Shown: one piece after another, positions 28,841 through 42,500 of the stretch
How the letters are laid out: the number at the start of each line of letters is the position of its first letter
Numbering within the stretch: the first letter of the stretch is position 1
Assembly: GCA_030141605.1 (NCBI GenBank)
Contig: JAQGDQ010000391.1
Coordinates: 155,865-219,864 of the forward strand
Length of the DNA: 64,000 nucleotides
Source: Tubiluchus corallicola
Lineage: Eukaryota; Animalia; Priapulida
Direction of reading: 5' to 3'
The notes under the pieces: model-generated
Databases searched by the model: none
Told to the model about the DNA's origin: nothing
What the model saw: only the letters and a program-made list of their open reading frames with translations
Position numbers and translations under genes: made by a program

Positions 28841-31800
28841 TAAATTCTTAGAATAAATAAACAATACAATACAATCTCGTATTTTTATACATACAGAGAA
28901 CATCATACAGAAACTTTATTAAAAGCTTAGAAAACATTCTCAAAGTGCAGTAATTACTTCGCATTGGAGATTTTCTAAACATTCGCAAGTTCAATTCACC
29001 TCTATTTTACCAAAAAGATACCAAACTATAAATAAAAGAACACATAAAGTTTAGACACCACTTACAAGCGAATTTAACATTAAAGAAGCTATAGAACTGC
29101 ACACAAACAATCTTCGTTTTAGACGGCGCTAGCGTCTTAATTTTTCACACCACTAACAAATTCGCTTAGCTTTCAGGCAATTATACTTGGCTTCAGCAAT
29201 AATTTGGCTTCACTTGAAATTGAGTTCCTAATCGGATTTCAACACTTCACGGTGTGTTGTTAACAGGGATAGTTGCTCATTATTGGTAACCTCGATGAAA
29301 GTCTAGTTAGAAGTGATAAAAATTTTTAGTAACCTGTGAAATTTAAGGTTAAACCTTTTCAAGGGTGGAGAATAAAACAATACTTAGTTAGCTATCATAA
29401 TCAGACAGACGCTGTAAATTTAGAAATGTTAGTGTCTAAAATTATGTACTAGCTTATTTACCGGCTTATACCTCAATGATTTTCACTACTTGGTCTCTGT
29501 GAAAACGAAAATTGGAGAACTGTGCTACTGTAAGATATTCAGTGTGTTGTACTAAAACTAGGCACGTTTTAAGATAAAAATTGAAATTTCACATTTACCG
29601 CTGTGCTCACGCAAGCTGACGAACGTGTGTAGTTTGTCACAAACTAACACATCTGAACTAAGAGGTACAACACCTGTTTTTCTGCAATGCGTTTCCGCAA
29701 TGCAGGCGCTAGTGTCCGTCTAACTAGCGAATGGCGAAATGCATGTAACAGCGAAGAATTTGTGGCGTGAACGTGAAATTGTGTTTGTGTGGTAATAATT
29801 GTTTTACGTAAGTCATTTTTGAAAAAATAGTGTGTTTCCTTTCAACATTTTAAAGAGTAGATTGTTTTGACCTACAATCTACGACTGGGCCCGGTTTTGC
29901 TTTGCTACCGTATCGCTAACAATTTCAAGTAGGAGTACTTTTATAAAAGACAAAGACGACTTTTTATCAAGATTCAGTGTTGCTTATTTCAAAATAATTT
30001 TTCTTGAAAAACTGCACAAAATTAATAATTGCAGGGCACCTATAGTCCACACATTTGGGATAAATAGGAGAAGAACCTCCCACTAATTGCAGGGGAGCTT
30101 ATGTTGGATGTTGATAGGCCTAAACTTTGTAATTTTGCCTTTCATAGGATTTTGTAATTTTCGTGTAAGAAATTTGTTTTTCAGAAACAAAATATCTATC
30201 TATGCAGTTGATTTAGCCTTGTGAAAACATTGATGAAAAGGTATTAAGAAAATCCGAGTTATAACGTCATCAAATTTTGGCATTTTTAGTACTTGTCACT
30301 AGTTGAATTTCTTGGAATATTTCATATCTTTTAAGAAGGTAGTCGTGAGACTAGATCAGTTGAAAAAAATGATATTACAATTAGTGGTCGTGTTATATAC
30401 TTATTGGACTACTACACTGTCTGAGACGTTGTCTTGTGTAGTTTAAGTGCAAAATTACTACTTTTTAAGATTATCGAATCTGCGTGCAATTAGATTTTTT
30501 AAGTCCACACATTATGTTCGTCGCTGTCTCGTGTTTTCTTTATTTTGACAATTTCCTTTTCTTTTTCCTTTACTCTTACTTTTACATTTACCTTTATTTT
30601 TAACATCAACATTAACTAATCTTTACATTTACCGGGTGGTAATGGTAAGGGTTACATTAGTCAGTACTATTTACTTTATCTTTACTTTTTTGTATACCAT
30701 TACAATTACTTTATTTTTACCTTTGTCTCACTTCAACCTTTATTCCCACCTTCGCCATTACAATTACTTTACTTTTACCTTTGTTTTGCTTTTACCTTTA
30801 ATCTTACCGTTACCATTACATTTATTTTGCTATGCATAATAACTTTTATCTTTACTTCTAAGTTTACCTTTACCTGTACCCATATCTTTATCTTTACCTT
30901 TATATACATAAATATCTTTTATTTTTTATATTTTAGTGTACAGAATTTAATGTTAAAACTGAAATGGAAAATACATTTCGTTTAGTGTGAGTTTTTTTAA
31001 GAACACCAAACAATAAAAATAGTCATAAATAACAATAACAATAAAGAAGACAAATTTGAAGTCACCAACTTAAGCAATAATAACAACAACAATATAGCAA
31101 CGACAGAATACTTAAAAATGTTTTACGAGTATAACAAGTCAACAAGATTTCTAATGCATTAACTGGTTTTGTTATTCATATGGAAACCTTTGCAGCTGCT
31201 CTTTGTAACCATAAAGGGGCTGATTTATAAAAAGTTAACACAAATGTTAAAACATTGTACATTGCGTAACTTAGACGCACACTCTTAACAAGGCCATATA
31301 TGGTAAAATGAGCTGACGTCATACGCAGGCAGCTGTTCAATAACGAGCTTCAGGTTTTACTAAAAATAAGAAAATTTTATAGACAGTATGTTGTGCCTCT
31401 TCTTTATTATTGAAATAGTGGAGAAAAGCATACTGTTTTTATTAAAGCTTGATCGTTTTCTGACAATAGCCAATGTATGACGTTAACACATTTCAGTTCA
31501 TTTCGTTTTATTTATTCATTAAATACATCCACAACAATCATTACAGCATGGCACTTCCAAAAGATTTAATGAGATACCAATCTCAAAAAATTATTCCTTG
31601 TTAGCAGCACCCTAAATGAATGTGGATTGAGAAAAGTAAAAACGAGCAGTTCAGAGGTAGAAAAGAAACGTTGAAGGAGAATAAAAAGAAAGAGAAAGAT
31701 GAGATGGTAACTGTGTGAAGTAACGCGAACTGTAGAAATCGACATAGACAGCAGCGTAATCAGTCAAATTGATTTATTCTATACAAAGAGGGAAGAATTC

Positions 31801-32319
31801 TTTTTGAAGTTATTTTATACATAAAGAAATTTTGATGTATTCTTATCCATTATGCTATACACGTCCTTTTTATAAGTCAGCGGTTAAGTTAAGCCCAGTA
31901 GAATATTCTGACAATTTTGTCAACTTTGCAAATCAGTCAAGGGTAGCAGTGCTTGATAGAATTTCTTGTGAGTGAATGCAAAGATGGTTTCAGACCTAGA
32001 ACATAATGATCCGTGCTACCAGCTTTATTATAATTATGACATTTGTTACATAATAATTACGTAAACTTACCATTATTTTTATTATCATCAGCATCATCCA
32101 ACCGAACCCATCTTCAACGCTCATTTCTTAAGTAGACATCTCGTCAAACAGACCGTTTGACGTATCCTCGAGTTCTCTAATGGCAGAGAAAGTAGTGCCT
32201 TACTAGAAGTCTTAGTAGCGATACACAATAAAGATTTTAAAATCGAGGAGGACTTCCGTTTTGGACAACTAGTTGTTATTTTCAACTTGATTTACATAGC
32301 GACTTCGTATAGCTGACAA

Positions 32320-32695
32320 ATAGAGTAGTTCCTATCTGGAATGATCTTAATTATGACGTTATTAATGCATCAAGCATTGCCATTTTCAACAGTAAACTAA
32401 CAAGCTGCTATTTTTAGGTTACTACCATGTTCATCGTTTTATGTAAGCTATGTTTCATTTATTGTATGTAGTGTCTTTCCCTTTTCAATTTTCGCTAAAG
32501 GTTTTTCAGATTTTTAAGATTTTTTTCTGGTGTAATGATAATTTTTTACTGCCCATATATTTGTTTTATAACTGTGATTGTAAATATGTTGCAAATTACT
32601 TTATTATGTATTATATGGCTAGCATAAGTACAATGAGCCTGCTGCCATTTTGTTTTATAAAAATGTATTTTACAAATGTTCTAAAATAAATAAAT
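32320..32695 (+). mobile_element. Short CR1/L2-type LINE 3' tail
   Basis: NRVVPIWNDLNYDVINASSIAIFNSKLT followed by a T-rich UTR-like stretch ending aaataaataaa. Confidence 0.5.
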
Positions 32696-34111
32696 TGTGC
32701 AGAAGTTTATCTATGGTAGGTCAATTTGATTTATTTACCATAATGAGCCAAAAGCCATCGTGGCAAGTATTTCACCTTATAACTTTACTTTCTAGCACTA
32801 GAGGATCAAATTTGACAACTTTAATTTGGCTTTTAGTAACAAATTGTGGCTGTTTATTTAGAACGACTGTGCTTAGGATCCAAGTAAGGACACTGGCGCG
32901 ATCAATAGCAACGTGTGTATTATTCCGCTACTCAGAGAGTGAAGCCAATGGAGGTTGGTTAGCGGGTGACTCGGTGCGCCATCTGTTGTTATAATTTTGA
33001 ATTTTACTTCTGTCAAATTCACCAAAAGTAGTTAGAAAAACTGTTTAATTCGCTATGTACCGTTTTGCTCTTTGGACCGCTGGCACAATCAACATCAATC
33101 ATAATTAAAACCATAATATAGATTTTTTACTTTACCTCAATAATGCTTTAGATAATACTAAGGCCATGATGGTAAAGTTACAACATTTGTTGCACAGGGC
33201 ACAGGCATGCAGTCACACACAACAATCAGTCATGTGCAGTAATTACAACGATTCAAATTTCAAAATTATGTACAAGTGGAGATTAGATTTTTATCTTTAA
33301 ATTTTTGAAGCAATAATCATAAATTTTAAAGATCCGATTCTATATAGACAAAAAGAACGTGTTACTAACTTGTCTCTGCTTTAGTTACTGAATCTAGTAC
33401 AAATTTTACTCAGTAACAAGCAAGGCTGCCTTCAACAAGAATTTTAGTTTTGTGCTTTTACGATATAAATGCAGAATTAGACACTGCAGAGCTCTGTTGA
33501 AAAGTCTTATGTCTTTCAAATCAGTTATTGTATGATTGCTTATTGCACTGTGCACTGTGGAATAAATGCTGAATTTCTACCATCATGGTCTTAGCATTAT
33601 TTAAAGCATTCTTGAAATTCTGTACCACCAAGAACCTACTTAACGTCCACTGAAAATCAGCCAATTTTCAAGAGGGCTTTAAGTACAAAGATTAAAATAA
33701 GATCAGAAGCAAAAGCAATATCATCAACAATAACAGCCTCAATATCTACAATTTTCTTGTATTTATCCAAATATCTATTCTGGCATATCATTTTATTTAC
33801 TATTTATAATTAATATGATCCTATACGAACTAACTATTAGGGAAAGACTTAAGTTGGATATTTTAGTAGATAAGGTGATTTTGTATAGTATTACTCGCTG
33901 TATAATCTGCATTTATAGGGTTTAAATGAGTCTGCTAATGACAGCAAGCAGAATTGTCAAAACTTTTAGACTAATTCCAATCGAGGTAATGTGGCTGCGA
34001 CAGGTAGCAGCAGTGCTTAAAGCGCGCGTTGTCTTCAGGGTCGCAGACCCGGAACCTAAAGTTGCAGATCCTGCACCCAAAGCAAAAACAATGTCTCGCC
34101 GGATCGGCATA

Positions 34112-34529
34112 TGTGAAAGTTGTAACTGTATATTTTAGGTGCTGCCATCTATTGATTAGTTACTTTAACATTTACTAGTTCAATTCACCCCTTATCACAA
34201 TTGTTCGGTCCAGTGAATATTCAAACTCACTGTATCTCCCCTATTTTCACTGTAATGGGATATGTGAAGCCCAGTTCTTGCATACTTCTCTACCTATATA
34301 AACTGGCTAGATTTCACTGCTAGTCACTCTCTGCTCAGGCACTGCAGTCGTGCAACTCATGGGACACACTGTCTCTCTGTCACACACTCAGTGCTGTGCA
34401 GCAGTTGTGATCTTCATTTTACTTGTGTATTTAGTGCAATAAGTGTTTCAGTTTTTATGCGAACATGCAATCTAGTGTTTAGTTGTTTTCTACAAGTGTT
34501 CCATTTCAACTTCACAAATAACTTTCACA
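34112..34529 (+). mobile_element. Solo LTR, same family
   Basis: Same TGTGAAAGTT...AACTTTCACA termini, 5-bp TSD GCATA on both sides, TATATAAA at ~34295. Confidence 0.9.
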
Positions 34530-35672
34530 GCATATTTAGTTTTCTCAGTGCTTAATTGTCTATAAGCCTAGCAGTAACACATGTTAGTAGCACAATTTTT
34601 TCTTTCAGTCAACAAAATTGTCCTGTTGATGATAACAATGGTTTCAAAGATGTCCATTTTTGTAACGTTGCTAACCGACATTAAAATCAAATCTTTCTTC
34701 TCTATTGTTCTATGAAATGTTTTCAATCATTCCTGTATTCTAGGTCTAGATTAAATTGATGTATTGTAACATTAGTGGGACTCAATACCAATAGATAAGG
34801 AATATATATATATATATATATATATACGGCAATTCCACGGTCAGTAACGTTGCGATTTAGGATGTTTATGTACGTGGTCCAGTTAGGTTTCTCAGTAACC
34901 CCAGAAATTACACCAGAAACAACGTCAAAGATCAATCACGTAGAAATCATGTTAGCATAATAGAATTATATAAGTATACGTATGACGCATGCAGCTCAAA
35001 GCCAAAGACACTTTTATCTCAGACTTCAACATGTCACTTTTTGGTTTTTGGTGTTTCAAACGATGCACAAACTAAGATTTTTTCAAGTTTTGGGCCACTG
35101 TAGACCTGTTAATGTTGTAAAATCAAAAACTGCCTGCATATGTGTGTGTTTTTGTGTGCGTGCGGGTGCATGAAGGTGTGCGTGTGCGTGTGTGTATGTA
35201 TGTATGTATGTGTGTGGTTTAACAAAAAATGATAATGATTTTCTTGTAAAAACACTAAACCTGAAATTTCTACCAAATCATTTCATATTGTAACTATCAA
35301 TCATTGTTTTGCCTTTCCGCTTCACTGTGACTGTGAGAAATGAGAAATGGGTGCCATGGCCTATTGTGATGTTGTCTATTGTCCTTTCTTCACGATACGC
35401 AATGGCAGAATTTTCTACAGTGGCTTTGTCTCTCGCAGTGAAACGCACAGATAACGCGTATCATTGACAATAATTATTCAGAATTTACTACCTAAGTAAA
35501 AATGTCTATTAATATGTTCTTGTTAAGAAACTGTTTTGGCCATTTTAAACAAGACAAATCGACAGTAACGATGAAGGATGTTAAAAAACTACATTTATTC
35601 AAGAAAATATCAGTATAAATAAGCTAATGGCCGCTATTAAATTAATAAACTTTTTATGACGTGTGTGTGTAC

Positions 35673-35798
35673 TTGTTGCTGAGGATGGTGCTGAAGTTGT
35701 AGACATCGTTAATTCTGTAGTTAGTTCATCATATGACGTTTGTCCATAGATACTTCTAGACTTTATCTTCCTTTTCCTGCGTGCCAATGTGTGCCGAT
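35673..35798 (-). CDS. Putative exon with polybasic RRKR motif and S/T tail
   Basis: ttttcattacag|ATCGG...GCAACAA|gtacac, 126 nt, phase 1/1. Encodes RHTLARRKRKIKSRSIYGQTSYDELTTELTMSTTSAPSSAT; its 3' end resembles the repeat-exon 3' end (ACGATG...ACAA|GTAC). Confidence 0.6.
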
Positions 35799-35929
35799 CT
35801 GTAATGAAAATCTTGGTTTGTTACACATCTACATAATCATGTTAAAATTGCAACAAGAACAAGAACTGCTGCTGCAACAACAACAACAGCAACAACAGCA
35901 GCAACACACAGCAATAAGAGCAACTACAA

Positions 35930-35962
<33 letters not shown>

Positions 35963-35972
35963 TAGTAGTAGT

Positions 35973-36022
<50 letters not shown>

Positions 36023-36077
36023 CAGTAGTGGCAGTAGTAGTAGTGGCAGTAGTGACAGTAGTGTAGTAGTGGTAGTA

Positions 36078-36153
<76 letters not shown>

Positions 36154-36167
36154 TAGTGGTAGTAGTG

Positions 36168-36200
<33 letters not shown>

Positions 36201-36229
36201 ATAGTAGTACTAGTAGTAATAGTAGTAGC

Positions 36230-36264
<35 letters not shown>

Positions 36265-36347
36265 TGGTAGTGGTAGTAGTAGTGGTAGTGGTAGTGGTAG
36301 TGGTAGTAGTAGTAGTAGTAGTAGTTGTAGTAGTAGTGGTAGTAGTG

Positions 36348-36384
<37 letters not shown>

Positions 36385-36454
36385 CAGTAGTAGCAGTAGT
36401 AGCAGTAGTAGCAGTAGTAGCAGTAGTAGCAGTAGCAGTAGCAGTAGCAGTAGC

Positions 36455-36501
<47 letters not shown>

Positions 36502-36520
36502 TAGTAGTAGCAGTAGCAGT

Positions 36521-36584
<64 letters not shown>

Positions 36585-39500
36585 TGAACATCAGCATAAA
36601 AACTAGTTCATTAATTAATTACTAAATTAATAGTTTAGTTACTAAATCAATGAACCTTTATTACGCCTGTTTGTACTTTTTGTTAATTTTGTTTTTGCCA
36701 TCGATTGTGAAGTCATTCATGCAAATTCTAAAATTGTTGAAATAGATGAAAAGATAAATCTAAAGATTTAAATTTAAGATAACAGTAAATCAGTTAAATG
36801 GAATATTTCACTTACTAACCAATTTCGTTTGACAAGATCCCTAAAAAGGTTAACGTGATTAACGTCAACGTGATTAAGGGAATGGAAAAGAGAAGATGTC
36901 ATCAAAAAAGTTCTTAAATACAGTCAGATCATAGAATTAAGTTGTATAGCGGTATTTATGGCTTAACTGATGAATATTTTAAAATCTATTTTATATTACA
37001 ATAAAGATCAGGCCAGGTAAAAAATTACCCTTTGAAAGTTTTGCTTAATATGTGTTACTAACTGGACAGAATGACCAACTGGTGATTGAGGTGCTCCTAT
37101 CAGTACAAAATCAAGTTGTGCTATATGAGTGCACCAAGGATAAAAAGATGCTTCCATTATTGCATTATATTTTATATGCTATATTATTCATGCTTGGTTT
37201 ACCAAGTCTTGGGAAAAATGTTGTAATAGTCTAACGATGTTCACTGTTTAATTCTGAGACTTGGTCTTCACTTGCTGGATCTTCTAAAATTTTATCTTCA
37301 TCAGCTTCAATCTTAGCCACTTGTACAGCTAATGTTCTCGCCGTGCTGATGAAAGAAGAATTTTCATAAATTTTAATACGAAATTTCCTCAACAGATCGT
37401 TAGAAAAATCTCTTTGCGGAACTTTGGGCTAAATTGGAGGTTTGCAGCACTTCACAGTTATAAAAGTAAACACCTTGTGCTGTCAGAAAGAAAAATACTG
37501 CAAAGTAAATTCCAAAACTTTACCTACATAAAAGATAATAAATTACCCCACATTAGGTCTGGTAACTGCATCTGGTGCTCGTGCTTTGTAAAAAAGCATG
37601 AATAATAATTTTCAACAAAACCAAGGTATGGATGCATAAAAAATCGAAAAATATTTGTTCACTATTACTATTACTATTACTATTACTGTTACTGTTACTG
37701 TTACTGTAACTGTTACTGTTACTGTTACTGTACTGTTACTGTTACTGTTACTGTTACTGTTACTGTTACTGTTACTGTTAACTGTAACTGTAACTGTAAC
37801 TGTTACTGTTACTGTACTGTTACTGTTACTGTTACTGTTACTGTTACTGTTACTGTTACTGTTACTGTTACTGTTACTGTAACTGTTACTGTTACTGTTA
37901 CTGTTACTGTTACTGTACTGTTACTGTTACTGTTACTGTTACTGTTACTGTTACTGTTACTGTAACTTTTACTGTTACTGTTACTGTACTGTTACTGTTA
38001 CTGTTACTGTTACTGTTACTGTTACTGTTACTGTTACTGTTTCTATTACTGTTACTGTTACTGTTACTGTTACTGTTACTGTTACTGTTACTGTTACTGT
38101 TACTGTTACTGTTACTGTTACTGTTACTGTTACTGTTACTGTTACTGTTACTGTTACTGTTACTGTTACTGTTACTATTACTATTACTATTACTATTACT
38201 ATTACTATTACTATTACTATTAGTTTGAAATTTTCTCCTTGGATGTATCAATATAAAAATGTGAGCAAACATTCCCAGGCTAATTTTTTTACCGATTTCA
38301 CTTGGTAGTGCTACGTTAGATATTTGGTCAGTAGACGAACAGTAATGCTAAATCGTTTTGTAAACGGATTGTTAGTTATTTCTGGACCTGTATTTCAGCT
38401 AACACTGTGCACAACCACGAAAAGTCACTTACATTAAATTAATGCATAACTAAACTTTGATTTTCCACCAAATGGTTTAACATTGATCAGCTCGCTAAAC
38501 ACAAGACAATTTTAAAGTATGTCCAAAATACTGTCCATACAAAGTTGTATTATTCTGCTTTAGGTTTGCCTGTTTGAAAGACTAACGTAACTACAAAAGA
38601 AAATTGTTAGTATTTTAAATAATATTAACGTGTGCGCCAAGTGGTAGAATATCATCCAAGTGTTCCCCTCTGATTCGCCAAAAACGTATTATATATATAT
38701 ATTACTGACAATATAAAGTAATTTTAATTTTTGCTTAGTTAGTGAAAAATGTGTTACAATCAATACGATCATTACGCTCTGACTAGTTTTTCATCAAACT
38801 TTCTAAACTGGCTTCAAACTCACCGTTAAAATGGAGCCTAGAGGTCATCGCAGCTATCAGTTCTATATAAGTTGCTGCTAATGACGGATTTTTTACGATT
38901 AATTTATGAAGAATGCTTTATTGTGATTTAACAACACAACCGGCCACATGTCCTGCTGTGGCTTTGAAACTAACATCGGCACACAAAGGTATCACAAACC
39001 GGCAATGACTAAATTGTTTAAGGCAAAGTTTTTTATCAACAACTATCTTTATAATAAAGCGATCAATTTGTCAATTTTAACAGTGAGTCAAAGCGACAAC
39101 AGTCAAATCAAACGACCAACTACATAAATATAGGAAACTACTACCTATTAAATTATTAAAATTTTTATTACTTGTTATTTTACAACTAGTTGTTGCTGTT
39201 TCAGTAGTAGTTGTAGCCTCAGTTGATTCTGATGTCACTTCTGAAGTTGTTGTCGGTGAACCTAATATTATTGAAACAGACTTAAGATAAACATCAGGTA
39301 ACATTGGATTACGAACAATAAAATGCAGTTGATGGCAATATTAATAAAGCTTTGTTACATGCTTACCTTGCTGATGATATCTGACCAGCTTACTTAGTTG
39401 ATGATATTTAACCAGCTTACTCAGTTGGTGATATTTGACCAACTAACTTAGTTGATGATATGTGGCCAGCTTACTCAGTTGATGATATTTGACCAACTTT

Positions 39501-42500
39501 CTCAGTTGATGATATTTGGCCAGCTTGCTTGGTTGATGATGTTTGACCAACTAACTTAGTTGATGATATGTGGCCAGCTTACTCAGTTGATGATATTTGA
39601 CCAGCTTTCTCAGTTGATGATATTTGGCCAGCTTCCTTGGTTGATGATATGTGGGCAGCTTACTCGGCTGATGATATTTGACCAGCTAACTTAGTTGATT
39701 ATATGTGGCCAGCTTACTTGGTTGATGATATTTGGCCAGCTTACTCGGCTGATGATATTTGACCAGCTTACTCATTTGATGATATTTAACCAGCTTACTC
39801 AATTGATAATATTTGGCCAGCTTCCTTGGTTGATGATATTTGACCAGCTTACTTAGTTAATGATATTTGACCAGCTTACTTAATTGATGATATTTGACCA
39901 GCTTACTTAGTTGATGATATTTGACCAGCTTATTTAGTTGACGATATTTGACCAGCTTACTTAGTTGACGATATTTGACCAGCTTACTTAGTTGACGATA
40001 TTTGACCAGCTTACTTAGTTGATGATATTTGACCAGCTTACTTAGTTGATGATATTTGACCAGCTTACTTAGTTGACGATATTTGACCAACTAAATACTT
40101 AACAAGACAAATACTGTCAAAGTCAAATAAAAACGACCATTTGAGCTTCAAATGACTGTGCTATTGAAAAGTAGGAAAAGAACAAAACACTTTGCCCAAA
40201 GAGGTTGGTAAATACAGTTAAATTCGCTGCTGCAGTAACGTTAAGCAGTGTTACACCATGTGCTAATCTTTTGCTGTGTTAGACATCGACCGGGTATGTC
40301 GATCTTAAAATTATACAAGAAATTGCTTATTTTAGATTTCTAAGACTGCCGCTGATGGCTCTGTGCCTCGTATAGATGATAAAACTAAATAACGCAGCAA
40401 GTGTGCTGCATTCATTCATTTTAAGTTCAAGATTTCATTGCTATTTTTTCATATTTCTGTGAACATAAACGTTTATATTTTCTCTTGCGTCTCATTCTAA
40501 TCGCTACTGCCTTAGCTAGGCGAAATAACAGCAGTATCTTATTTAAAGTATTTTAAACATTGACGTTCTTCTCCATGGTGAGCAAATCGATAGATGGCTG
40601 CTATCGTTTGCGACTTTAACTGTTTTACGGCCCTTTGCCTTTTTCTCTCATGAGAGAAATGTGCAAACGTCACAAATAAGCCATACATATTTGCCATAGA
40701 GGTGCCGTTAACATACTGCTAATTTCTGTGCGTCCACAACCATTTAATATTAGCATCAGGGTCTGAATTCCGATTTATACTGTACACAGTAGTGTAAAAA
40801 CCATTAACATAGAAACACACTAGCCATTAAACAAAATAACCGAAAGTTAAAGTTAAAAATTCAAATTCCAAGTTTACGGCTGCTCTCACTCATGAGATCA
40901 CGAACGTGTGTACTACATTGCATTTGAGAACCTATGAGTTGAAAGGTGGTTTTATTCAACGTTTTTCATAAATGCAGTTACTAGTGACCACCTTCCTTGT
41001 GAAGGAAACCGCCAAGAATTGGTAGAAGAAATGCAAAATTAATTTTAAGTTTATCATTGCACTCACTCATGAGACCTCGAACATGTGTACTACATTGCAT
41101 TTGAAAACCTAAGAGTCGAAAGCTACAGCACCTGGTTTTTATTCAAATGCAGGTACTAGTGTCCACCTACCTAGTGAATGTAACAGCCAAAAGTAGTGAA
41201 AAAAATGCAAAATTACTGTAGTAATAATATTTTCAGGTGAACTATTATTGAAAAAAATATGTTCCTTTTCAATATATAGATTAGAATTATAACATATGAC
41301 TGGGTGCAACATTCTATTAACATTAGCAGCAGGCTCTGTATTCTAGTTTAGAATATGCATGAAAAAAAGTAAAAACCGTTTACAAACCCTGTAGCCTATA
41401 TACTAAAGCAGGGTTTACAGATATTGGAAAGATTTGTGTTTTTACTACTATGGGCAGTCACGGCAGTGTAAGATATTAAACACATTGGTACGAGCAGCAA
41501 CAGTTTTATACAGTGCATTCTGAAGCACGTAAGTATAACTACGATACTTACTGCAGTTGGCTTCTACACCTTCATCACGTCCATTTCCGCATTCGAAATT
41601 GCCGTTGCATAGGAAGTCCTTTGAAATGCAATTTTCGTAAGGGTCAAGCAACCAAGAGAGAGACATCTTACAGTCAAATTCATCTGAACCACATGTGTAT
41701 GGCGAAGCTAAAATTGCGCAAGAAGAAAAATAAGTAATTAACTTAGGTTTACACAAAAAAGCCAATATTGATAGACAGGGCTGGACTATGACCTTTTGGA
41801 GCTTCCGACGATAATGAAATTATGGGTCTTAATGTCTAGAATAGTTTTTACTGGTAATATATTATAAAAACAATTGCAGATCTTGAAGTAAATTTATTGC
41901 AAATTCTTTGATTTAGAATGACTTTTACTAGTCAACACAGTAATGCCAAAGCTCAGTAATGCCAAGCATTGTATTAAATCCTTAGTGAGCAGCTGCAGTT
42001 TTTTTGAATTTTGGTATTTCAGAAAAATGTGCTGCTGCTAGAAATTGTGAATGGATTTGCAGTCTAAAATCAATTTTATAAAGGCATGACAATTAAAGTT
42101 GTGCATAAACTCAAAAAGGAAAAACGTATAAAAATTTACATTTTTCAAGCATTGAAAAAATCTGGTAGTTATCCCATGAAATACATAAAACAGTTAATTT
42201 GGCTACTAAATAATAAAAGTTTTATTGCTTGTTCTAGTACTTGTTGTGGACGATGCACTTGAAGCTGTTGCTGTCATCGTTTGTGTAGTTGAGCCTGAAG
42301 ATGATTCTGAGACTGTTCTCGTTGCAGTTGACAAACTTGTAGGTATACCTAAAGTTGTAAAGAAAGAAGCTGATAAATAATACTAGATTAAAGAAAACTA
42401 CTGACTATTAAGTTAATCAAACTTTACAAGATTACTGAAACGACACATATTTCGTTTTGCATTAACATAAAATTCTGCCCAAAAAACAAAATAGATGGGC

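Noticed and set aside
34828-35420. Protein-like minus-strand stretches (NSAIAYREERTIDNITIG; VTEKPNWTTYINILNRNVTDRGIA) as further mucin-gene exons
   Set aside because: I could not assign a consistent pair of splice sites; left unresolved.
38293-38387. Possible extra exon (tacag|GTCCAG...ATCG|gtaaaa)
   Set aside because: 95 nt with a stop in the required phase-1 frame, so it is not compatible as read.
41448-41765. 105-aa standalone LDLa protein as given by the ORF track (also 43660-43977 and 49014-49232)
   Set aside because: The flanks are intron read-through; consensus splice sites delimit a 156-nt exon.
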